From Laetmonice hystrix (Eukaryota): a DNA stretch of 64,000 bases. The translations under genes were made by a program, and so were the position numbers. Numbering within the stretch: position 1 is the stretch's first letter; every line of letters begins with the position of its first letter. Location of the stretch: contig OZ249436.1 of assembly GCA_965235115.1 (NCBI GenBank), forward strand, positions 51,710,001 to 51,774,000, in the 5' to 3' direction. Shown here piece after piece: positions 35,652 through 47,600 of the stretch. Under the pieces are notes generated by a model. It saw only the letters and a list, made by a program, of their open reading frames with translations, made no database searches and had not been told where the DNA came from.

Positions 35652-38600
35652 CTAGGGGAAAATGAGGCAAAGCACGCATTTAGACGGTTATAAAATTATG
35701 TGACCTTATATACCTATATACGTAGGCAATAATAAAGACCAACTATATATGCGTGGCATCATGTCAAAAACATTAGGCCTATGACAACTGCAGGGGTAGG
35801 GGCGAGTGCTTTAGGCGGAGTTCCGCTAGAGGGAGCCCTACACCGGATATTTTAGCTATACACAGGAGTTATGGTGGAACACTTGTTTAACTAAGAACAC
35901 TTATTTGATTTTTGTCCATTGGAAATCTAAGAAACTAAGTCTCTTATATGTTATGAGTTAAGTAGAAGCATAGGCCTATGTCATTTACCATTAGTTTATA
36001 TCCAGACCTTATTCACAAAGCACACGCAAGACTTGCGGACCCGCAAACTAGCCTATCTCTCTCGATATAGCAGAGGGGGGAGAGGGGGAGGGCGGGGGGC
36101 TTTGTGCAGAGGGGTAAGAAAACAGAGTATAGTTTTTCAGGCCTGCAAGTCATGCGTGTGCTTTGTGACTAAGGTCCCTTCATATGCTGAGGACAGACGA
36201 GTAACTAGGTATGATGAGGACACAAGAAAACAAGTGTGCAGGTTGTCCATACCAGCATCGATCGGAGGAGATGATTGGGCCGGTTTGTCGATGCAGTAGT
36301 AGGTGCCGTACGTGTTAATGCAGACGGAGGATATTCCTTTCGGGCACGCATCGGCATCGGCACACTCGTTAACATCTGTACGGATACAGAGAACACACAT
36401 TTATATATCATGAATACGGTATAGGTCTATAGGCCTATGTAGTGATAGACTATCAGTGTATGCCTAGTCACTAGTGGTGGTGTTATAGGCCCACGTGCTG
36501 TTGTCAATTGTTGCTAGGTCCCACCCGAAGGCGAACCAGACCTCGAATGTAAGAAGCAGCCATTTTCCCAGGATTTGCGCAACGTCTTGTGAAACGGCAT
36601 CGCGCATGAATATATGAGAGGTATTTCCCCCTAGAGGCACATAGTTTAAATCTAATTTCTCAACATACTGTCCTATCCTCGAATTTTCTGCCATAGAATC
36701 AACGCAGTGTCTTCTTCATCTGCGAGCAAACCAGATATTCTAACTCTGTAAAGTCCGAAACAGGCTTACTGGCTTAGTGGTAGTTCTCCACGCCACGCGG
36801 CCAATGATCCTGACCCAGCCACCCACCCACCATAGACATTCTAAAAATATACCTGTGTGATACATATACTATGCCCAGCCGAGTCGTAGTGTGTGAAGTC
36901 ACACACTACGAATTGACCAAACGACCAAGAACCGTCACGAATGTCAATTTGAGACAGTTCGGCGTGCTTTCACGAAAAATTCGGGAATGTGGGAAAGCCC
37001 CTTCAAGGACACCACTAGTTATATGTGTGTTTATAGGGAAGCCGGTGGGAGCGTGAGAACCAACACATAACATCGGTCTGATTTTCATGTACACGTTCCC
37101 TAATACTACGAATTCAATCCTATAAAAACATAGGATCTTATCTGCAGCATGTCTGCTGGCAGTCAGGTGGTTGTAAGTTTTGAACATGTTCAAAAGTATC
37201 ATAGCTCACGGACGAATGTTTTTTGTGATAGAGGTTCGTATAGGTGGCGTTGTAGGATTTCGTAGGTTTGTAGGCTATTCGTAGGGGATCGTAGGAGTGT
37301 GTACGAAGTAATAGGAAGTGCAATGAAGTCCTACGAACACCTACGAGCAGGGATGTTACATGACGAACTGACATGATTGGGCCTTTTTACAGTTGATGAT
37401 CTTGGCAGTTCAGCATTAGTTCGCTACAGTTCGTAGGTCTTCAGAGGTTATTAGTACGGGTCCATAGCTACTTAGTAGGTAATAACAATTTGAAATGTCA
37501 TAGGTTCAGAGCGTCAAGATCTACTGCGATCTCCAGCTCGGGATGGTTCAGTTCAAACATTGTAGCAGTTTTTGTGGGAACCAGGCATGTATTTTCTTAT
37601 ACTGCAGGATGCCAAAGAATTTAAACTCAAAGGTTAGGTGTGGAGAAGGATTTGATAGCTTTACCTTTGATATCCCCCTGTATTAAAAGATGTTCTGTAG
37701 CTTTCACGTAATTTTGCAGGTATTTCCCTTCTTTAAAGGTGCTATTCGTCTCGCACAGAATGGCATTTCTCCTATCATACATTGTGCACATAGTACTAGA
37801 AAAAATTCCTACTGATACCATTGGCCTGATAAACCTTCTATTAGTTTGTGTGCAGCATTTGAAACCTATCTCGGTGCGCACCGAGATAGAGCCATTTCCT
37901 ATGGTGGGGCGTGTCAGGGTCTCCACAGGCCTTCTGAGAGAGCCCCATTTGTGCCGTTATCCATGAAACATTTTGATTTCCTTTGTTCTGAATCTATTTC
38001 CATGATAGGTGGGATCACATAAACGTCAACAAAATTAAAAATAAAAAAATTGAATTTTTGTTTACGAATAGCACCTTTAAAACACCCGATCGATTAAATT
38101 ACTCACCGTTACACTTCTGGCCAGTTGCTTTGGTAGTAAATCCGGGGAAGCACTGGCACCTGTAACTCCCAACAGTGTTGGTACAGGCTTGGTCACATGG
38201 CCCATAATCCTGGCACTCATCAATATCTATAACAATTATGAAAAATAGCGGGGATAACATGCATGGAAACTATTTTAAGCGGAGGTAGATTGAACAAGTT
38301 CCAAAATGGAGATTTTAAAAATATACCTGTGTGATAGGTACTTATGCCCGGCGGCACAGACACTACACAACTTGCGAAGACGTGACAGTTGAGTTGCTAT
38401 TTTTCCTGATTCTCGATTAAAGACCGACACGTGCACACTACACGATTCATTTTTTGAATTGTATACCATTCCCGGTCGCTGACTCGTAACTCGTCGTAAC
38501 TCTTTACGTAACTCGTCGTAGACGATCGGGTCGGCATGCATCGGTCTGTGTGGCCGGGGCAGCCAACACGCATCGGGCCAAATCAGCCGATGGATTCGTC

Positions 38601-41600
38601 GCGTCCAGAATCTACGACGCGACGATCCCGTTGGCAGTGTTCAGCGGGAGGCCCGTTGGCTTGTGTGGCCGGGGGTTCCTGACACAACGTTCTCGTCGGC
38701 CTCTTTGAATGCCACCGATATTTCGACGATCACGTCGTAGCCTGTCTGACCGGCCAGGAAAATATGGGGCCGACGGAATCGTCCTTACCCGTCTGTGACT
38801 CCGCTGGTTTATGCCCGACGATCGGGTCAAAAGGGCTGTGTGGCCGGTCCTTAACTCGCCGTGATGCCCGGTGCCCCTTGATGTCGGGGATGGGCTTTCT
38901 GAGCAATTGCCGATAACTTGAGACTGACAGTCGTGTAGTGTGCACCGGGCATAAAACCCGCTGTACACTGTCACGATTTTGGGCGACACGATCTGACCCG
39001 ATATGAGCCGACTCGCGACTGCCCTCGCACACCTTCACGACATCTTGAATGGACGACCAACGTCATGACGTGCCACGTGATCCTGCGGCTGCGCATGTGA
39101 TTGGTTGCGGCTCCCGATGGCAGCTGACTGGTGCGGCTCCCGATTAACATTTTGAATCGGCTACGATTTTGCCCGACTGCAGTCGTGAGGCAACTCCCGA
39201 CAGGTTCCCGACGTCGGCTCGGCTAAGATCGTGACAAATCGTGACAGTGTGCGGCGGGCTTAAGACTCCCAGTCGCCAACTCAAAACTCGTCGTAACTCG
39301 TCTTATCTAGTCGCCGATTGCATGCACACTACACGACTGTCAGTTGCCAATTGCTCAGATAGCCGATCCCCGACTGCAAATCGTGTAGTGTGCACCGGGC
39401 ATTACATCTTGGGTTGTCAAGGGGCATCGCGCATCCTCCATTCTACCACTTGAGCTCAGGCCCAGGCTATAACCGTGGGAGATTGATCAACCTCATGAAT
39501 ATTAATAGGACCAGGCGTCGTCGGCGTCATAGACTCGCCAGTAACATTAAACGGTCTTTCCTGTGGCATAGGCTTTCTCCAGAAAATGCTCTCTGACAAT
39601 ACAGTTTGTAGGACTCTGACTTGATATACGGTTTAACATGCCAAATTCCAAATTTTATCTTCCCTGATTTCAGCAAGCTTGGCAAGCTGGCACTAGCTGT
39701 CTCAGCCTAGCTCTGCCGTGCCCGTGGGAAAGTTCTTCCTCCCATTGTTTGGATTTAATGCTTGGACCACAACAACTTTACTCGGGATGATCCTATTGGC
39801 TAACCAGAAATGCAATTGCGCCTCAGACTGTGCTGTAATCTGATTGCTCAGGACTCGTCACTAAACGCACGTACCTAGGTGACACTGCCAAACACTCCCC
39901 AACTAGAAGCGTGGTGTCGTGGGGGGGATCACTGAAAGCGGTTCAACCCTGAGCGCGGGAGGATGCGGGCATTAGAGTTCGTATCTAGTCAATGACACCA
40001 CTAGTTTTGTGTGCCGATTTCACACTGAAAACTGCAGACAAAATTATGTATTGAAAAAGACTATGGTCTTTTCCCCTAATATTGACATCTCTGCCCTGGG
40101 AGGCGTGAGGAGTAGTTGGTGTTTGGCGCTGGGAAGATGGTCGGAGCGTGAGAACCAACACGTATGGAAGCCGGTGGGAGCGTGAGAACCAACACATAAC
40201 TCATCTGATTTTCCTACACGCTTCCTAATACATGTACTACGATTTCAATCCTATAAATACATAGGATCTTATCTGCAGCATGTTTGGATGCAGGTTAGTG
40301 GTCATTTCATGGTTAGGGGCATTATTATTCTGTTACGTATTTTATCTCTGCTTTAAACACATTCTCATCTCGCCAAGAAGTTTGCTCTGGTGGGCATAAT
40401 AGGCCTACATTGAAAGGCAAATAGCAAGCTGGAAAGGGTCATTTGTTTCTGTCTGCATCGGTGGCAGTTGCACAGGACTATTAAAGGTGCATATTATAAG
40501 GAAACGTGAAAAATCAGTATTTCAAAGAACCTTTGCTGTTTTCATGAAGAGATCCTTCATTAAAATTGCTTGGTTGATGGGAGGTTGTCTATCAAATTAT
40601 GGCGGGAGATGTGCTATCTGGAGAAATCTATAGGTTTGGTTCTATAGAACCTACTTGTGCTGCATACACATTGAAAACACGTCGGAGGATAAAACGCTGT
40701 GGTAGGATTATGTACTTAGATCCCTAGTACAGGTCATGTTGGATAATCGGCGGAAATCCTCCAAAACGTGTATTTTAGCATGGCCCTTTAAAGGCGTATA
40801 TATAATATTCATATTATACATGTACCTACCGATATAGTCACTTGATACGAGTTTCTGAGCCCGAATCGTTGTTGACCATTGATCCCTAAACCCTAAACAT
40901 ATTTTAGACCCCTGTTTATTATGTTACACCTCCAAGTAAAGCGTATAGAAGCCTGTGATTACCTGTACACGTTCTTCGATCCTCCCCGAGGAAATATCCC
41001 TTGTTACAATCACAACGGAAGCTGAGGTAGGTATTGACGCACACCTGTTCACAACCTCCTCTGTTAGACATGCACTCGTTTACCTCTGTGGTAAACATAG
41101 AATAGAACTTTTTAAACAATTACAAGTAACTGAAGAAAATAATGTCATAAAGCATATAAAACTGTGGTCCTTCATCTATAGATGAACTACTTCCACTTTT
41201 TTAACAGCACGACACGTTTAAGATGTTTATCCCTGTCAAGCTATATATTTGTAAATTAATGTCAGTTATAAGGGATGTAAAATATATATTCGAAGCCAAT
41301 ATTTTTTACATCCCTTTAAATAATTTCAATCGGCTATTGAGTTTACAAATGCCGGTTACTCCAGGGAGTCAGCTTCCTGCTGAGAGTTATACTTACCCTT
41401 GAGGGCCGCGCCTGGGGCACCAGTGTCTCCTGAAAGACAGTTTTTACCCGTTTTATAATACATGTTACAGGCCGATTGTTTCAAGTATGGGGGAAAGATA
41501 TTGTCTTACTTAGGAAGGTCTGATCAAACAGAAATTCTCAAACGGTTCAAGCGAACGCCGTTGTTGCTTTTGAGAATTGTCGGGGGACGCCCATGCGGTT

Positions 41601-44600
41601 GATAGTCCTTGGTATATAGACATAACCGAAGGCCTCCTAAGATTAAATTATCCTTGCTAAAAAGCGCACTTATAAAATGTCGAATTAAGGATTGAAAACA
41701 CTGAAGGAAATATATATGAACAACTTCACGTTCTATAATTATGTACAAGCTGAGGATATAATATTTGAGAGCTGAGAACGTCACCTTGCCGTCCGACACT
41801 ACCCGTGTCCCCGCGTGCCCCGTCCCGTCCATCCCGCCCGGCGACGCCTGTAGCCCCCACTGCACCCGTGGGCCCTGGGGCTCCACGCTGACCCGGCCTG
41901 CCGGAGGCCCCGACCCGACCCTCCGGCCCTCGTGGGCCCACTGACCCCGAGCGACCATCGCTGCCCCGGGGACCCGTGAAACCCGTCCGCCCAATGGGGC
42001 CAGTGGCGCCCGTATTGCCCGTTAATCCTAACGCTCCTGTGGCTCCTGAGAGTCCCTTGGGGCCTTGTGGACCGCGGCTGCCTGTGGCTCCTGTGCCACC
42101 CGTCTGTCCATCTGAACCACGCTGACCTGGACGCCCGTCTCTCCCGGGTATTCCTGAAACAAATTTTACGATAAGCGTATGCCTAATATATTATAGAGTT
42201 CAGTCGCTAGAGAAGATCATGTCTCATCCCGGAGACCTGCATGATGGAAATTTGTCCTGGGGGATTGGGAAGGCGGCGGGTGGAGACTAGGGATCCAGCC
42301 CCTCTCGTGTAACGCTAGTCATTCCTCGGGTTTTCAATAGAGTTGACCGACTTGAATGGATCATGGATAAAGGATTCAGCCGTTTAACAGACACAGGCCT
42401 ATATTTTCACACCCACCTGGACTACCGCTGTTGCCATCCCTGCCGGGGGAACCGACCGGCCCTACCGGTCCCTGGACACCTGTCCCACCGGTGTCACCTG
42501 GGCGTCCGCTGACCCCTGACCTACCAGGTACACCATCGCGGCCTGGGAATCCCGTCGAACCCAGGGGACCGATCGGACCCATGGGTCCTGGGTCACCCTT
42601 GCGGCCCACAGGTCCCGTGGCCCCAGTGCCACCGGTCCGCCCGTTTATACCCGTGGCACCAGTCGCTCCGAACAGGCCCGTCGCTCCAATCAACCCTGAG
42701 ACACACCGGAAACAATTATTAACCCTAAAATGCGTGGCTATATATATCTTATCACTGGAATGCTGGTCTCAGCATGTGGAGTTAACGTCTGGTCTCAACA
42801 TGTCGAGTTAACGTCTAAGTGCATAATCCATATTGAGGAGGTCTAGATGCTGGAGCAGTTGCATGAGTCTGTTAGAATGTCAAAGCTATAGATTTGTTGG
42901 CGTAAAGTTATTACAGTCGGGTGTGTGTAGAGTCATACCTGGGATGCCAGGACTTCCAGACATTCCCTCTGGTCCAGTGCCACCTGTTAGTCCTAGATCG
43001 CCCCGTCGGCCTGCCGGCCCCATCGGTCCTGTGGCCCCTGGCCTTCCCGTGGCCCCTACAAGCCCCGTCCTGCCGGGGATCCCCGACTCCCCCGGGGAGC
43101 CAGTCGCCCCGGTAGGCCCAGCCAGACCAGGCCGGCCTGACATCCCAGTGGCGCCGCTCGACCCCTTTCTCCCAGGTGACCCGGCTTCTCCCGTCTGGCC
43201 CTTAGAACCAGTAACTCCAGGCCTTCCTGAAAGTGTAAATAATTTAGGATGGCGGATGTTTAATGAGACCGACCTACTTATCACAATTAATATTGTCTAT
43301 ACATTTTATTTCCCCTTTTCCAGGCCTTTACCTTAAAATGTATCAGTGCGACTACCAATTACAGGTGAATGAATACAATGCCAAGGGCCATGCCTTGATA
43401 CAAACAACATTTTAAGACCATGTGATTTTAGCACTTTACAATTTACCATATCCGGATATAACGGGAGTTACCTGCTGCCCCTGGTAATCCAGTGAACCCT
43501 TTAGAACCAGTTTCTCCTCGCCTTCCCGTCGCCCCAGTTCTGCCTCTTATTCCAGGAAGTCCGGGTTCTCCACCACTGCCGACTGGGCCCGTTCTGCCAG
43601 TCCTGCCAGGTACTCCGGTGGCCCCAGTCCGACCTAACTGCCCACGGTCTCCCTTCGCTCCGGTTACACCTCGGAGTCCCGGGGAGCCAGACACACCTCG
43701 CATACCGGTCGCTCCAGTCAATCCATTAGAGCCAGGACGTCCTGTAAATCCTGCAGTGGGCACAACAGTTACTCTATTCAACCAGGCCGCGCCTCGGCCG
43801 TCTTGAAATAGATAAGTGGGGGGGGGGGGGGGGGGCAGCTCTGCTTAAAAGGCTATGCATTGGGGAAAACGTTTTGTCAACGAAGTATTTAAAACTCGTA
43901 TAATTATGGGAGCCATTTCTGCACTGATTCAGATTCAAATTTGGGTACTAAGATCAATATAGGAGCAAGATATGGTAGAAATATACAAAAAAAATTGTAC
44001 TGTCTAAGCAAGGTGCCAATATTATAATTATTAGAACCAAACGTAATGAGAGTCTGACATATTTCAAACCTGTCGAGCCTGATCGTCCCGGGTTCCCGGT
44101 GGCCCCTGTTCTGCCGAGCGGGCCCGGCCGGCCGCTGACCCCCGTGCGCCCCGTGCCGCCCGCCCGGCCAGTAGACCCGGTCTTTCCGGTCGGGCCCGGC
44201 AGTCCCGTGTAGCCGGTGCCCCCAGTCAAGCCCAGCTGGCCGGTGGCCCCGGTCCTACCAGGTGGGCCCCCGATGCCGGTTGACCCTGTCCGGCCGGTCT
44301 GGCCCTTGGGGCCCGTTCTCCCGTGATTGCCAGGGATACCGGGAATGCCCGAGAATCCGTCCCGACCCGTAGAGCCAGTAGCACCTGTCCATGTGTGTCA
44401 AGAGATGTTTCAAAAATACATCTCGTCGATTTGTGGTTCAGTGTTCAAGTATACAAGCCTATAAAAGCACATCTTTTAAAACTTTTAAAAAAACATATAC
44501 TCCCATTGCCTTACAGTGTGACCATTATACAATTTGATCAATATAGGCCTCAGTGTGTGGCTGTTCTCACCTGGGCGACCGAACGGTCCGGTGGCCCCCG

Positions 44601-47600
44601 TCTTCCCTGCCCGACCCACCCGACCTGTGGCTCCGGACCATCCGAGAGGTCCCCTGGGTCCCACAGCCCCCGTGGCCCCCGTCCGACCCAGCACGCCAGT
44701 GGCGCCCGTCTCGCCGGGTGACCCCTCCCGGCCCGGCGACCCGGAGACCCCAGTCCGGCCCGTACGTCCCACAGACCCGGTCGCCCCTGTCTGTCCCGTC
44801 AGGCCCGTGGCACCTGTCTCGCCAGCCAGCCCTGCCACACCGGTTCGACCAATCCTACCAGTCACTCCGGTCTGGCCCTCAGCACCTGGAACAACCATTC
44901 TCTTATAGGTGTGGAGGACATTGTGGATCTTTGAACTTTTCAGAGTTAACAGTTGATCTTATTGTTTTATGTTGTCAGATTTAGAGGTGGGAGAGGTCCT
45001 GCGGTTTTTTCACATTTCCGGTGCCCTTGAGGGCAAATAATGTTACTATTATATAATATATAATAGTTATATGAATTGAATATAAAGTAGAAGTTATAGT
45101 TACCTGTTGCACCGGTTATGCCAATAGGCCCTGTGGCTCCCGTTTCTCCCAGGCGCCCAGTGTTTCCTCTACGGCCTGTAGCCCCCGTCGGCCCGGTCGT
45201 TCCCCTTGGCCCAGTTGACCCCGTCGGCCCTCGGTCTCCGGTCCTGCCGATGGCCCCGCTCCGCCCCGTCAGCCCTGTCGCCCCGGTCGCCCCGGTCGGG
45301 CTCTTGGGGCCAGTTGCCCCAGTCCCGCCCGTGCCCCCTCTGGTACCCGTCGCCCCAATCTTCCCATCTACACCAGTGGCGCCTGTCTTCCCCTGTCTGC
45401 CCGTGAATCCTCTCTGTCCTGTAGCGCCCGTCCGACCTATCGGGCCTGTGGCGCCTGTTTCCCCGAGGCCGCCCAAGGGACCCGTGCTACCTGTGGGTCC
45501 CGTGCGACCTGTCGGACCTATTCTGCCAGTCGCACCGGTGTTACCCTCAAAACCTGTGGCTCCTGTTAAACAAAGCAATAATATTCGTTATTATAGGGCA
45601 AAGATAAGTCAAGTGTGTCTTTGCTCTTTCCATGTACTTGTACATGGATCGTGGGAAGCAAGAGCCGAGCAGTGGCGGATCCAGTTGAGGGAGAAGCTAA
45701 ATTCTGCGCATGTTATTCCTACTTTCTTTGATCATCCAATTAGCCTAGAGCTATGCGTTTTTGCCCAGAGGGTGCATGGTTCATTATTTTTACCGTTAGG
45801 CCTACATGTGGATAATCGAGAGGCACGACAAAGGACAAGCTATATCCGTTAATTCGGCCCTACGCCCTCTCTCATGTTGGATGGCGAGGTGTATAGGAGG
45901 AACAAATCATTGGGCCATATACCTCTTTCTCCCTGAATACCGGCGGGTCCGATGGGACCCGTTCGGCCCTCTCGGCCGGTAGTCCCGGTGGCTCCCGTCC
46001 GTCCATTCACGCCGGTGGCTCCAGTCAGACCAGGTACTCCTGTGTCCCCGGTCGCCCCACTCCGTCCCTCATAACCTCTCTCTCCCTTGGCACCAGTTCT
46101 ACCCTTGGCACCTGTTGATCCTATCTCTCCTCGAATCCCATTTATACCGCGAGCACCTGTTGATCCTGTCCGACCACGTCCACCTTGTGGTCCCACGGCA
46201 CCTGTAAAACGTGAAGTGGCAGAGTCAGAGGAGTAAATATGATGGGGAAACAGGATTGGTTAGCATATTAATCACGAAAACTGCAGGGACTTCCTTCAAC
46301 GGTTGCTAAAAGCGGAGATAACTGACGATGCTAGCAGTTTTTTGTTTTTGTCTTGTTTTTATATATTTCTTTTACATTTTGTGTGTGGCTTTGAAGGGTG
46401 GGAACTCGGAGGGTCGGACGGATGCCCAAAGAAAACACTTATGTTAGGGTCTAATGGAGGAACCTTCTCTTATAGCCTACACCTCAAGCCATGACAGCCT
46501 ATACATAATTGCATCCAACTCTAATAATGCAGCTCCCAGATCCATTCTGACTCACCTGTGCGGCCTTCCCTACCGGTGGCTCCCGTTCGTCCACTGGGCC
46601 CGACAGCTCCACCCGTCCCGGGCCGACCGGTGGATCCCGTGGGGCCCCTGATACCGGCAGTACCTGTCGCCCCGGACCGGCCGGCGGGGCCCGTAGTCCC
46701 TGTGGGTCCTGGTCGCCCCGTGCTGCCCGTTTGACCAACTCCTCCTTTGGCTCCGGGCCGTCCTCGAAAACCTGTGGCACCTGTCGGTCCCCGGATACCT
46801 CGCCTACCTGTGGCACCCATTACGCCGGGCAAACCCGTCATACCTACAGGAACGTGTATACTGTCATTCAATTCGAATAATGAAGGAGGTGGCCAGGCAC
46901 ACGTTGGGTATACATGGTGAGGGCCACAAGGTAGAATTATTGTGAACTGGTGAAATGCTATCGTTTAGAGAGTAATAAAAACTGCCGAGACTATAGTACT
47001 CACCCGTGCCTCCGGTGAGGCCGCTCGGTCCCGTGGCCCCACTGACGCCCTTCCTGCCCTCTGCACCGGTCGCACCCGTCCGGCCGTCCCTTCCCTTCCC
47101 ACCCACCACTCCCGTAGCACCTGTGCGACCCTGTGATCCAGTAGCACCTGTTAACCCCGTTGGTCCAGTCCGGCCGGTCCTGCCTGGCTGACCCGGACCC
47201 CCTGACCCGCCCGTCTCTCCAGGCACCCCTGGGGTGCCAGACCTTCCAGTGGCACCAGTTCGTCCAATAGGCCCAGTTATGCCTGAAATGAGCACCATAT
47301 TAATGCATGAATCCCAGAGTATCCCAGCACATTTTGCCACGTGCGGTGTGGTTTGTGATATGCTATAGTCATGTGTATTGATCTTGTATAATGATAGCGC
47401 TTGGCAGCGGTAATTGTAATGATAAGTAGTATAGGAAAATGTCTGTTTGAATCAGGACGCTGATATATGCGTCCATGGCTGGTCCAGGATTACCAGTACC
47501 ATGGCCATGGATACTCCAGTTAGTACGTGTCAGTGGTAACAATGCTTCCCTTACCAATGTCACCTTTGAGCCCTGGAGACCCAGTTGCACCCGTTGACCC

